The notes: generated by a model from the sequence alone, not told the origin. A stretch of DNA of 20,000 bases from an uncultured virus (IMG/VR IMGVR_UViG_3300042191_000126) (IMGVR_UViG_3300042191_000126), one strand, 5' to 3'; shown: positions 5,928 through 15,208, numbered from the stretch's first letter. Numbers and translations are program-made.

Positions 5928-8531
5928 GTGGCTGATGACGTGAACATCGTCGTACGGGTCCGGAATGCGACCCGCGCGGGTTTCGATTCGGTCAGCTATT
6001 CGCTATCGCGGATGGTGCGGCAGGCGTCCGAGGGCGAGAAGAGTTTCGGCCGGTGGCAGGCGTCGGCGATCAGTCTGGCGCCGGCCCTAATTCCGGTGGC
6101 TGCGGCGGCTGTTCCGATTGCTGCGTCGCTGGCTTCTGCTGGTGCTGCTGTGGGTGCGTTCGGCGCTGCCGTTGGCGGCCAGGTAGTGGCGCTGGGGGAA
6201 GCTTCCGATGCGGAGACCAAATACTCCGATGCGGTCGATGAGCACGGTAAGGCCAGTAAGGAGGCCGTGCAGGCGGAGCTGGCGTTCACGCGGGCAGTGG
6301 CGAAGTTGCCGCCTGCTACTCGTCAGGCGGCGGCTGGTTTGTCGTCGATGAAGGAGCAGTACAAGGCGTGGTCCGATTCGCTGGCGGACGACACGATGCC
6401 GGTGTTCACGAAAGCGTTCGCGACGCTGAGTGGTCTTTTCCCGAAGCTGACGCCGATGGTGAAGGGCGCGGCAGGTGAACTTGACCGGTTCGTGACGATC
6501 ATCGCAGGTGGTATGGAGTCGCCAGGCTTTGACCGTTTCATGGCGAAGTTCTCCGATTTTGCGACGAAGGGCCTGCAGCGGGTCAACGACTCCATGGTCC
6601 GGTTCATGCGCACACTGGATGTCGGGAAGGTCGGCGGCGGGCTGTCCGAGTTCATGGACTACGCGCGGGCGAATGGCCCGTTGGTGGGCGAGACGCTCGG
6701 CAACATTGCGCGGGCCATGATCAAAGTGCTGGTGGCTGCGTCTGATGTGGGCGTGGGTCTACTGCAGGTAGTCAACGCGTTCGCGAAACTTGTGGCGGCG
6801 CTGCCGACGGGGTTGGTGAGCACGCTCCTGCAGGTGGCGGTCGCGTTCAAGGCGGTGAAGCTGGCGGCGGCTGGGTTCTCGGTGGTGTCCGCCGGCCTGT
6901 TGGCGGTATCGGCGAATATCGTTGCGATGCGCTCGGCGGCCGGTGGCGCGACTGGCCGTGTTGCTGGGCTGGCGGCTGCGCTGGGCGCGCTGTCGACCAA
7001 GGCGAAGATTGCGCTCGCGGCGACGGGCATCGGGCTGCTGGTGACGGCTGTAACGCAGTTGTCGAAGTCGAGCCGTCAGACTCCGCCTGATGTCGACCGG
7101 TTGACGACGTCGCTGGGGAAACTCGGGCAGTCCGGCAAGGTCAGTGGTGAGGCCGCGCGGCTGTTCGGCAAGGACTTGGACGGGCTGTACGAGTCGATCA
7201 GGGCTGTCGCGGATCCGTCCGCAGCAGACAAAATCGAGCAGGGCATCGGCAAGGCCCTGGGGAAGATCGACTCCAGTTCGGCGAAAGAGGCAGCGGAGCA
7301 GCTCGACGGGATCGACAAGGCGCTCGCGAACCTCGTGCGAGGTGGCAAGGCCGAGCTGGCAGCGGCTGCGCTGGACGGCATGGCTGCTGCGTATTCCAAG
7401 ACCGGCAAGGACGCGGACAAGTTCCGTGCGCGGCTGGACGACTACAAGGCTGCGCTGGCGGATGCGGCGTTCGAGCAGGAGCTGGCGGCAAAGGCGCAGG
7501 GCCTGTTTGGTGAGCAGGCATTGGTGACCGGCCGCAAGCTCGCCGAGCAGAAAGCCTCCGCGGATGGGCTGCGCGGGGCGATCCAGGCGCTGAACGATGT
7601 CCAACGGCAGGGCCTGGGCGGAATGATTGGTTTCGAGGCTGCGATCGACGCAGCATCCAAAGCTGCGAAGGAAAACGCTGGCTCGCTGAACATGGTCGGC
7701 GGGAAGCTCGACCTCAATAGCGAGAAGTCGAGGACGGCCGCGACGGCGTTGCAGGATCTGGCCTCGAAAACTGATGAGGCAGCTGGAGCTGCGCGGGAGT
7801 CCGGCGAGTCGTGGGAAACCGTGAATGGTATCTATGACCGGGGCCGGAAGAAACTGATTGAGTCGGCTATGCAGATGGGCCTCACCAGGACCGAGGCTAA
7901 GAAGCTGGCGGACCAGATCCTGAAAACGCCAGACAAGACCGCCCGCCTGAAGGGGGACGTCGAGGACCTTCGGCGGAAGGTCAATATTGCGAAGGATCGG
8001 CTCAGGTCGGTGCCGCAGTCCAAGCGGTCGCGCCTGCTGCTGAACATTCGGGATGTGGAGTCGAGCGTCCGCCGGGCGAAGAGAAGCATCGCCTCGGTCA
8101 AAAGCAAGTCGGTCACCATCCACGCCAACTATGTGAGCACGTCGTCCGGGTCGGCGTTCAACGTGGCGAAAAACCGCCGCGCCACGGGTGGTGTTGTTGG
8201 TGGTCATGCGCAGGGTGGTGGGCCGCGCTCGGCGTTGACGCTGGTGGGTGAGCAGGGCCCGGAGTTGGTGCAGTTGCCGTTCGGGTCGATGGTCCGGTCC
8301 AATGCGGACACGCGGCGCATGATGCGGTCCCGGCCGTGGTGGGAGGGCTCGTCCGGCGGGGCCGCGCTGCAGCAGCGGCGGCGGCAGGAGATCCAGCCGT
8401 CGTCCGGCGAGCCGATGATCGTGAACCTGTCCCTCGACGGGAAAAGCCTCGTGCGGCTGCTGGTCGACCCTCTGCGCCGGGAGATCAAAAACCTGAGCGG
8501 CGGGAACGTGCAGGCCGCCCTCGGCCGGTAA
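5928..8531 (+). CDS. Tape measure protein (867 aa)
   Basis: Long Ala/Gly-rich helical protein after the chaperone, hydrophobic central segment, C-terminal LVGEQGPELV motif, GGAGGGG RBS. Confidence 0.92.
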   Translation: MADDVNIVVRVRNATRAGFDSVSYSLSRMVRQASEGEKSFGRWQASAISLAPALIPVAAAAVPIAASLASAGAAVGAFGAAVGGQVVALGEASDAETKYSDAVDEHGKASKEAVQAELAFTRAVAKLPPATRQAAAGLSSMKEQYKAWSDSLADDTMPVFTKAFATLSGLFPKLTPMVKGAAGELDRFVTIIAGGMESPGFDRFMAKFSDFATKGLQRVNDSMVRFMRTLDVGKVGGGLSEFMDYARANGPLVGETLGNIARAMIKVLVAASDVGVGLLQVVNAFAKLVAALPTGLVSTLLQVAVAFKAVKLAAAGFSVVSAGLLAVSANIVAMRSAAGGATGRVAGLAAALGALSTKAKIALAATGIGLLVTAVTQLSKSSRQTPPDVDRLTTSLGKLGQSGKVSGEAARLFGKDLDGLYESIRAVADPSAADKIEQGIGKALGKIDSSSAKEAAEQLDGIDKALANLVRGGKAELAAAALDGMAAAYSKTGKDADKFRARLDDYKAALADAAFEQELAAKAQGLFGEQALVTGRKLAEQKASADGLRGAIQALNDVQRQGLGGMIGFEAAIDAASKAAKENAGSLNMVGGKLDLNSEKSRTAATALQDLASKTDEAAGAARESGESWETVNGIYDRGRKKLIESAMQMGLTRTEAKKLADQILKTPDKTARLKGDVEDLRRKVNIAKDRLRSVPQSKRSRLLLNIRDVESSVRRAKRSIASVKSKSVTIHANYVSTSSGSAFNVAKNRRATGGVVGGHAQGGGPRSALTLVGEQGPELVQLPFGSMVRSNADTRRMMRSRPWWEGSSGGAALQQRRRQEIQPSSGEPMIVNLSLDGKSLVRLLVDPLRREIKNLSGGNVQAALGR

Positions 8532-8564
8532 CAGCAAGCCCCCAATCCTCGGAGGACAGCACCA

Positions 8565-9077
8565 GTGCACCGCTACAAAATTTACAACGGCGCCATGCCG
8601 ACCACCTCGAACCGGACCGGGGTGACCACCGGCACCGCCATCAAAACGATGCTGCAACTGGCCACCCCGTCGAACCGCCAACTCCAGGTCATCTCCTGGG
8701 GATTCAGCATGGACCGGGCTCCTGCCACCACCGGATCCGGCGTCGTCGAGCTCATCCAGACCGATGTGGCTGCCACCGTCACGGCCAGCGTGGCAGCCGA
8801 TGTGCACCCGCTGGACCCCGGTGCTCCGGCGTCGCTCCTGACCCTCGGCACCACGTCCACCGGCTACACGTCCACCTCCGAGGGGACGCCGACCGCGACC
8901 CGCCTGTTCGACGCCACTCACGTCACGGGGGTTTCCAACGGGGCGTCTCCGACCAGCTACGGCTACCAGTTCATGCCGGATGAACGGCCCGTTGTGGCCG
9001 TGTCAAGGTTTCTGCGGGTGAGGGCGAATTTCACCGCCGCAGTCAACTTGATCGCATGGGTTTGCTGGGACGAGTGA
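8565..9077 (+). CDS. Putative minor tail/virion protein
   Basis: GGAGGA RBS, Thr-rich beta protein directly after the tape measure. Confidence 0.7.
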   Translation: MHRYKIYNGAMPTTSNRTGVTTGTAIKTMLQLATPSNRQLQVISWGFSMDRAPATTGSGVVELIQTDVAATVTASVAADVHPLDPGAPASLLTLGTTSTGYTSTSEGTPTATRLFDATHVTGVSNGASPTSYGYQFMPDERPVVAVSRFLRVRANFTAAVNLIAWVCWDE

Positions 9078-9086
9078 GGGGTGGCC

Positions 9087-11903
9087 ATGGGCGTAGCAGC
9101 CCGCGTCGCAGGGTGGCGGCAGCGCACCGGTGGCTGGCCGGCCGTGGCCGCCGCATCGGGGTCGGCTCAGCCGACGCATCCGGTGGTGGAGATGTACATC
9201 CGGGAGGCGTGGACGGACATCTCTCAGTGGGTGCGGTACGAGCAGGGTGTCGCCATCCGCCGTGGCGGGAGTGACGCGTCGACGTCGTTGCAGTACGGGC
9301 GGTGCACGCTGACGCTCGACAATCGGGATGGGCGGTTCACTCCGCGGAATCCGGCCGGGCCCTGGTATGGGCAGATCGGCCGGAACACTCCGATCCGTGT
9401 GTGGCGGGCGGATGGTGACGTCCGCCGGTTCCGGTTTCACGGTGAGGTGACGTCCTGGCCTCTGCGGTGGGACACCACCGGCCAGGACATGTACATGCCG
9501 CTGGAGGCTGCTGGGATAGTGCAGCGGCTGACGCAGAGCGGTTCTACGCGATCCACGCTGTACCGGGCGCTGGCCATCCTGGCCACGACACCGCCGATCG
9601 CGTACTGGCCGTGCGAGGACGCGTCCGGGTCCACGGCGCTGGCATCGGGTTTGCCGGGCGGGCAGTCGATGATCGTCAGCGGAACGCCGACGCTGGCCAC
9701 CTATGACGAGTTCGCCGCGTCGGCGGCGATCCCCACGGTCGGTACCAGCACGTGGCTCGGAAACGTTCCGGCGCACGAGGCGACTGGCGCGTCGCAGGTC
9801 CGGTTCATCATCGGTATCCCAGCAGCGGGGCTGACGACCGGGACGATCCTCGTCCGCGTGTGGACCACGGGGACTGCTCGTCGTCTCGATCTGGAGTACG
9901 ACAGCTCCTCCAGTGGCGGGTTCGGGGTGCGGGCGTACGACCAGGACGGGACACTCCTCGACTTCACGGGATACCTCTCAGACGCGTACAACGGCAAAAA
10001 TCTTCGCGTCTCGCTCTACGCCACACAAAGCGGAGCAAACTTCACCTTCGGGTACAACGCGACCGAGGTCGGCTCAGCGGACGGCCCCGGCCTCAGCGTC
10101 GAAGTCCTCGGCAGCAACTTCGGCCGTATCGACGCGGTACGGGTAGGACCCAACAGCGACATCGGTGACGCGGCGATCGGACACATCTCGGTACACGCCG
10201 AGGTCACGTCCATCCTCGACCTCACTGACGAACTCGCCGCCTACGTCGGAGAGACCGCCGGCCGAAGAGTTGAGCGCCTCGCACGCGAGGAAGGCATTGC
10301 CTTCCTGTCGGTGGGCGACCTGGATGACACCGCGGCCATGGGCACGCAGCAGCCAGGCTCGCTGATGGGCCTCCTCCAGGAGTGCGTGGACGCCGACATG
10401 GGGGTGCTGTACGAGCCGCGGGACATGCTGGGACTGGGCTACCGAACCCGGGTGTCTCTGTACAACCAGGCTGCTGCCCTGGCGCTGGATTATGCAGCGG
10501 CCGAGCTGTTTGGCTCACTGGAGCCGACTGACGACGACAAAGACCTGGCCAACCGGGTTACCGCGACGAGGCAGGGCGGGTCATCGCGCACCGCTGAGCT
10601 GCTGTCCGGGCCGCTGTCGGTCCTGGCGCCACCGGACGGCGTGTACCCGTACGAGCAGTCGGTCACCGTCAACGTCGAGGCGGACGACCAGCTCAGCAAC
10701 ATCGCCGGATGGCGGGTCCGGCTGGGCACCGTCGACGAGACCCGCTACCCGAAAATCAGCATGTGGCTGCACAACCAGCGGATTGCAGCCGACACCGATC
10801 TGGTTCGCACCGCCCTGGTGACAGACCTCGGTGACCGCGTCACCGTGTCGAACCTGCCGTCGCAGCTCCCGCCGGGCGATGTGCAGCAGCTGGTGCAGGG
10901 CACCGAGGAGGTTCTCCGGAATCCGGAGCATGAGATCACCTTCGTGTGTGCGCCGGCGGCGCCGTGGAATGTGGCGACGGTGGACGGGGCAACGTATGCG
11001 CGGGCCGACACGGGTGGCAGCACGGTTGCCCAGAGCGTGGTGGCGGCCGCGGATACGAGTATCGACGTGCACACCACGCTGGGCACATCCCCGGTGTGGA
11101 TCACCTCCGATGGTGTGGGTGGCACCGGGTACGCCGCCCAGTTCCCGTTCGACGTCGTGATCGGCGGGGAGCAGATGACGGTCACCGCATGCGAGTCGAA
11201 AACGTGGGACACGTTCACTCGATCGGAGACCGATGCGTGGGGGACATCCGACTCGGGACATACGTGGGATCTCGCGGCCGGGTCGGTCACGGAGCGGTCC
11301 GTTGACGGGAGTCAGGGCCTGGTGGTCCTTTCGTCGGCGCCGTCCACGATCCGGTTTCAGCAGATCATCGCCGATGTGACTGATTCCGAGACGATGGTTG
11401 CCATCACCCCTGACCAGGTCGCTACGGGCGCTGGGTTTCTGCCCGGGCTGCTGTTCCGTGGTGACGGGTCGAGGTTCTACCGGTGTCGTCTGGTGCTGGG
11501 CACGGATCAGTCGGTTGGTTTGCAGGTGGTGGAGAACGTCACGGCGATCGGGTCGACGGTGTCGCTGCGGTGGACGTACAGTGCGGCGACGAAAATCTGG
11601 CTGCGGGCCCGGATGGATGGGTGGCGGATCCGTGGCCGGGCGTGGGCGGACGGCTCCAGTGATCCGGTGACGTGGCAGATTGATGAGGTTGTGCCGGCCG
11701 GTCCGAACACGTTCGGTTCGTTCGGGGTGACGACGTCGACGTTCGCCGGTAACACGAACGTGAGCCCGACGTTCGCGTACGACGGGTTCGATGTGATCAC
11801 ACCGCAGGCGATGACAGTGACCCGCAGTGTCAACGGTGTGACGAAATCCCATGCCCGGGACGATGCGGTGAAGTTGGCGAATCCGGCGTACATCCCCCTG
11901 TAG
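9087..11903 (+). CDS. Large minor tail protein (baseplate hub/tail tip-like, with LamG/concanavalin-like regions)
   Basis: LTLDNRDGRFTPRNPAGPWYGQIGRNTPIRV and PIAYWPCED motifs typical of actinophage minor tail proteins. Start is ATG 9087 or GTG 9081. Confidence 0.8.
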   Translation: MGVAARVAGWRQRTGGWPAVAAASGSAQPTHPVVEMYIREAWTDISQWVRYEQGVAIRRGGSDASTSLQYGRCTLTLDNRDGRFTPRNPAGPWYGQIGRNTPIRVWRADGDVRRFRFHGEVTSWPLRWDTTGQDMYMPLEAAGIVQRLTQSGSTRSTLYRALAILATTPPIAYWPCEDASGSTALASGLPGGQSMIVSGTPTLATYDEFAASAAIPTVGTSTWLGNVPAHEATGASQVRFIIGIPAAGLTTGTILVRVWTTGTARRLDLEYDSSSSGGFGVRAYDQDGTLLDFTGYLSDAYNGKNLRVSLYATQSGANFTFGYNATEVGSADGPGLSVEVLGSNFGRIDAVRVGPNSDIGDAAIGHISVHAEVTSILDLTDELAAYVGETAGRRVERLAREEGIAFLSVGDLDDTAAMGTQQPGSLMGLLQECVDADMGVLYEPRDMLGLGYRTRVSLYNQAAALALDYAAAELFGSLEPTDDDKDLANRVTATRQGGSSRTAELLSGPLSVLAPPDGVYPYEQSVTVNVEADDQLSNIAGWRVRLGTVDETRYPKISMWLHNQRIAADTDLVRTALVTDLGDRVTVSNLPSQLPPGDVQQLVQGTEEVLRNPEHEITFVCAPAAPWNVATVDGATYARADTGGSTVAQSVVAAADTSIDVHTTLGTSPVWITSDGVGGTGYAAQFPFDVVIGGEQMTVTACESKTWDTFTRSETDAWGTSDSGHTWDLAAGSVTERSVDGSQGLVVLSSAPSTIRFQQIIADVTDSETMVAITPDQVATGAGFLPGLLFRGDGSRFYRCRLVLGTDQSVGLQVVENVTAIGSTVSLRWTYSAATKIWLRARMDGWRIRGRAWADGSSDPVTWQIDEVVPAGPNTFGSFGVTTSTFAGNTNVSPTFAYDGFDVITPQAMTVTRSVNGVTKSHARDDAVKLANPAYIPL

Positions 11904-11912
11904 GAGAATGTT

Positions 11913-12425
11913 GTGGCTTTTCAGCAGTGGCTCGCCGGGGAGCAGATCACGGCGGATCGGCTGGCGTCGATCTCCCCGGTGTGGGCGGACTGGACGCCGA
12001 CGTGGACGACAGCAACCGGCTCCGCGACCCCATCATTCGGGGACGCGACGATCACCGCCCGGTACGCGCAGTCCGCGGACATCGTGTTCTGGCGCCTGGA
12101 GATCACGTTCGGGGCGACGACAAACTTCGGGACGGCCCCGACGGTGTCCGACAACTGGCGGTTTTCGATGCCGGTCACAGCAGCATCAATTGCTCTCGTT
12201 ATCGGGTCGGGCGAGATTGGTGATGCGACGGCATCGGTCGGTTCGCGGCTGCGGGTTCGGTGCCGGTTGACGACGACGACGACGGTTGAGCTGGAGACGT
12301 CGTCGGGACGGGTGGATTCGACAGCTCTCACCACGCCGAACTGGGGCATCGTCGACTCCGTCAGCCCGTGGACGTGGGCCGCGAGCGACTTCATACGCGT
12401 GTCGGGTTTCTACGAGGCGGCCTGA
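11913..12425 (+). CDS. Minor tail protein (tail fibre/RBP-like)
   Basis: AGGAGA RBS; WLAGEQITADRL N-terminus, W..WTPTWT and WRFSMPV motifs. Confidence 0.7.
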   Translation: MAFQQWLAGEQITADRLASISPVWADWTPTWTTATGSATPSFGDATITARYAQSADIVFWRLEITFGATTNFGTAPTVSDNWRFSMPVTAASIALVIGSGEIGDATASVGSRLRVRCRLTTTTTVELETSSGRVDSTALTTPNWGIVDSVSPWTWAASDFIRVSGFYEAA

Positions 12426-12509
12426 CCTATGTCCTGCCGTCCTGCCCCGGCGCCGGTTGACGGCGAGGCCATCAAAGTCGCCTGAATCTGACGGGGGTTG
12501 GTCCTGGGC

Positions 12510-13004
12510 ATGAGTATCTCCACGCCGCCGATCTATCTCTACACGCTGGTTGATGTTCCGGGAGTTGTCGCAGCGAACAATTTCCTGGCGGTATTCAACC
12601 CGGCGAATTCGGGGAAAGTGCACGTCGCGCTCCAGTTGATTGTGGCGAGCTATTCCGGTGGTGTGACAGCTACGGCGAATTCGCTGATCAGCAAGCGGAT
12701 CACCGCGTCCAGTGGTGGGACTCTGGTTTCTGCGAGTACCGTTGCCCGGTTTCGTACCGACTGGGATGATCCTGCGTCGGCGGTCCGGATAGATAATCCG
12801 ACGGTCACGACGTCGGGGCTGGGTCTGGCCGTTGTCTCTCCGGTGGTGTCGGCTGGCGTTGGTCAGTCCAGTGCACAGATTTCTCCTCCGCCGGGTGCTT
12901 CATTCGTCATGACGCCGGGGCAGGGGCTGGTTTTCTACACGGCGGGTGGCGACGTCGATCAGGTCTGGAATATCACGTATTTATGGACGGAGGCGGATGC
13001 GTGA
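12510..13004 (+). CDS. Hypothetical virion-associated beta-rich protein, atypical codon usage, one TTA codon
   Basis: Open frame with many A/T-ending codons; TTA at 12981-12983. Start could also be TTG 12498. Confidence 0.65.
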   Translation: MSISTPPIYLYTLVDVPGVVAANNFLAVFNPANSGKVHVALQLIVASYSGGVTATANSLISKRITASSGGTLVSASTVARFRTDWDDPASAVRIDNPTVTTSGLGLAVVSPVVSAGVGQSSAQISPPPGASFVMTPGQGLVFYTAGGDVDQVWNITYLWTEADA

Positions 13005-13075
13005 TGGCGCATTCCCTCAGTTCAACCCGGCGCCACCGTGGCCCGGGGTTTCCTGCTGCCCCAAGGGAGGGCCCC

Positions 13076-13288
13076 ATGGCCTATGACCTGGATATTCAGA
13101 ATCGCTTCACCTACCACCCGCCGCACGGTGATCAGGCCGCCCGATACGAGCGTCTGCGGGCTGCAGGACGGGAGTTCGCCGAGCTCCTATGCGAGCTGTG
13201 CCCGTCCTCGCCCGAGCTGTCCCGTGCCGTGGCACACGTGGATGAGGCCGTGATGAATGCGAACGCGGCAGTTGCGAGGCACAGCTGA
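13076..13288 (+). CDS. Acb2/Tad1-like helical-hairpin protein (putative anti-defence signal sponge), 70 aa
   Basis: AAGGGAGG RBS. RFTYHPP...Q..RYE.LR...CPSSPELSRAVAHVDEAVMNANAAVAR resembles the RE.S.A.T.LEEA.MW.N.A.AR hairpin motif. Confidence 0.6.
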   Translation: MAYDLDIQNRFTYHPPHGDQAARYERLRAAGREFAELLCELCPSSPELSRAVAHVDEAVMNANAAVARHS

Positions 13289-14199
13289 TGGCTACTCCAC
13301 TCACAGCTGAGGCATTCCTCGCCGCGCTCAAGGCCGAGGGTGTGCGAGTCGTCGAGGTCGGCGACTGGCGTACCCACAACCGCAACCACGTAGGCCCCTG
13401 GGGCCCGACGCATGGGGTGATGATCCACCACACCGTCACCACGGGCACCGCGACCAGCGTGCGGATCTGCCGCGACGGCTACACGTCCCTGCCCGGCCCG
13501 CTGTGCCACGGCGTCATCGACAAGACCGGCACCGTGCACCTCGTCGGCTACGGGCGGGCGAACCACGCCGGCCTCGGTGACGACGACGTGCTGCGCGCCG
13601 TGATCGCCGAGACCACGCTGCCGCCGGACGATGAGGCCACGGTCGACGGCAACCGGCACTTCTACGGCTTCGAGTGCGAGAACCTCGGCGACGGCCATGA
13701 CCCGTGGCCCGAGGCGCAGCTCCTCGCGATCGAGAAGGTGTCGGCCGCGATCTGCCGGGCGCACGGCTGGTCGGCGAGGTCGGTGATCGGGCACATGGAG
13801 TGGCAGCCGGGGAAGGTCGATCCGCGCGGGTTCGCCATGGCGGGCATGCGGGACCGGATCGGTGTCCGGCTCGGCCACCCGGTGCCTGTGGCCGTGCTCC
13901 CGGCCCCGGTGCGGCCGGTGGTGGACCTGTCGCGTCTGGTTGCTGCGGCCCGTACGGATCCGTCCCGGGCCGGGACTCCGGTGTCGTACGGCGGGGTGCG
14001 GATGGTGGAGGCGGCGCTGGTCGATGAGGGGCTGCTCGCCCGGCGGTACTCCGATGGGCACTACGGCTCCCTCACGGTGCGGGCGTACGCGGCCTGGCAG
14101 CGGCGGTGCGGCCATACGGGTGCGGGCGCGGACGGTATTCCCGGCATGGCATCGCTCCGGATGCTGGGCCGGCGGCACGGCTTCGATGTGAGGGACTGA
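13288..14199 (+). CDS. Endolysin, N-acetylmuramoyl-L-alanine amidase (Amidase_2-type) with C-terminal peptidoglycan-binding domain
   Basis: GVMIHHT, GRANHAG, YGFECEN and VIGHMEW...KVDP zinc-amidase motifs. C-terminal DGHYG..T..AYAAWQ...ADGIPG PG-binding pattern. Confidence 0.92.
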   Translation: MATPLTAEAFLAALKAEGVRVVEVGDWRTHNRNHVGPWGPTHGVMIHHTVTTGTATSVRICRDGYTSLPGPLCHGVIDKTGTVHLVGYGRANHAGLGDDDVLRAVIAETTLPPDDEATVDGNRHFYGFECENLGDGHDPWPEAQLLAIEKVSAAICRAHGWSARSVIGHMEWQPGKVDPRGFAMAGMRDRIGVRLGHPVPVAVLPAPVRPVVDLSRLVAAARTDPSRAGTPVSYGGVRMVEAALVDEGLLARRYSDGHYGSLTVRAYAAWQRRCGHTGAGADGIPGMASLRMLGRRHGFDVRD

Positions 14200-14201
14200 T
14201 C

Positions 14202-14426
14202 ATGCGCGTGTTTTTGGTGGATCTCGTCGAGCGGACCGCGGCGACGTACGCTGCCGCGTTCCTCGGTCTGCTCCTTGCCGGCAGCTTCGACTTCACCAGC
14301 CTGTCGGCGTGGCAGGCTGCTGCGGTGGCTGCGCTCCCGGCCGCGGTGACTGTCGTGAAGGGGGGCATCGGATCGCTGATCGGTGACCGGTGGTCGGCTG
14401 CGTGGCTGCCCCGGGACCGGTCGTGA
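14202..14426 (+). CDS. Holin (r1t-like, two TM segments)
   Basis: DLVERTAATYAAAFLG motif, hydrophobic, immediately after the endolysin. Confidence 0.8.
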   Translation: MRVFLVDLVERTAATYAAAFLGLLLAGSFDFTSLSAWQAAAVAALPAAVTVVKGGIGSLIGDRWSAAWLPRDRS

Positions 14427-14680
14427 CGCCGCCGGAACAGCAGGTGGTGGCGTTGGAGTTGGAGCGGCTGCGGGGTTCGGTGGATACGGGGTTTGCCCGG
14501 TTGAACGGGCGTCTGGATGTGTCGCTGCAGCGGACCGATCAGGCAGAGAAGGACATCGGCGATCTTGAGCAGCGGGTGTCGTCGCTAGAGCGATCGCGGT
14601 GGCCGTTGCCGAGTGTGGGCGTGTTGACGGGTGGGGCCGGGTTCGTGTTGGCGTTGTATCAGCTGGCGGATGGCGGGTGA
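14423..14680 (+). CDS. Coiled-coil protein with C-terminal TM helix (lysis-cassette membrane protein)
   Basis: GTGA overlap with the holin; heptad-rich region then RWPLPSVGVLTGGAGFVLALY. Confidence 0.75.
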   Translation: MTPPEQQVVALELERLRGSVDTGFARLNGRLDVSLQRTDQAEKDIGDLEQRVSSLERSRWPLPSVGVLTGGAGFVLALYQLADGG

Positions 14681-14686
14681 GTCGCG

Positions 14687-14890
14687 GTGTTGGCTGATGT
14701 GGTGTGGGGATCGCTGCTTGTGGTTGGCGCGGTGGTGGAGGTGTGGGCGCTGCGGAATGCGCGCGCGGGGGACACGCTGAGCGAGCGGACGCGGGTGTGG
14801 TTCCGGGTGCGGACGCCGTTCGGCCGGGCGGTGTTCGCGGTCGCCTGGGTCGGGTTCGCGGCCTGGTTCCTGGTGCACATCCTCGGGTGA
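14687..14890 (+). CDS. Small two-TM membrane protein
   Basis: Two hydrophobic segments around a GDTLSE motif; continuous with the lysis cassette. Confidence 0.7.
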   Translation: MLADVVWGSLLVVGAVVEVWALRNARAGDTLSERTRVWFRVRTPFGRAVFAVAWVGFAAWFLVHILG

Positions 14891-14920
14891 GTGCTCGAGG
14901 CGTTGAAGAAGGAGAAGATC

Positions 14921-15112
14921 TTGAAGATGAAGATGGCGGCGGTGGCCGGTGTGATGGCGGTTGCCGGTGTGATGACGGTGGCTGGTACGGCTGCGGCGGG
15001 TGAGTGGACCTGCCAGAATCCGGCGGGCAACGAGGTCCACGGCCAGTGCCAGGGTGAGCCGCTGGAGGTTGTCAATCCGGGCGGAAATGTCCCTCCTGGG
15101 AAGAACAAGTAG
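14921..15112 (+). CDS. Small secreted peptide precursor
   Basis: AAGGAGA RBS before TTG 14921/ATG 14927. Signal peptide ending AAA; mature part about 37 aa with two Cys. Confidence 0.65.
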   Translation: MKMKMAAVAGVMAVAGVMTVAGTAAAGEWTCQNPAGNEVHGQCQGEPLEVVNPGGNVPPGKNK

Positions 15113-15123
15113 TCGAACGCTGT

Positions 15124-15156
15124 GCGCCCCCGGCCTTCGCGGCCGGGGGCGTTCTT
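15124..15156 (+). terminator. Intrinsic terminator at the end of the late operon
   Basis: GCGCCCCCGGCC-TTCGC-GGCCGGGGGCGT, then TCTT. Confidence 0.75.
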
Positions 15157-15169
15157 GCCGTGTAGCCGT

Positions 15170-15208
15170 GCCGCCCGCCCTCCTTCGGGAGAGCGGGCGG
15201 CCTGTTTT
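15170..15208. terminator. Second hairpin between convergent genes
   Basis: GCCGCCCGCCCTCC-TTCG-GGAGAGCGGGCGGC (C-UUCG-G loop, one mismatch), then CTGTTTT. Confidence 0.65.

Noticed and set aside
6759..8921. 720-aa minus-strand ORF (also 10581-11852, 1847-2860, 2718-3689, 13132-14178)
   Set aside because: Shadow ORFs opposite well-supported + strand genes; expected in high-GC DNA, with no recognisable motifs.
12270..12284. (ACG)5 microsatellite as a phase-variation tract
   Set aside because: In-frame trinucleotide run encoding poly-Thr in a Thr-rich protein; it cannot shift the frame.
13024..13051. Hairpin upstream of the Acb2/Tad1-like gene
   Set aside because: Imperfect stem with bulges and a short U tract; not distinguishable from background in GC-rich DNA.
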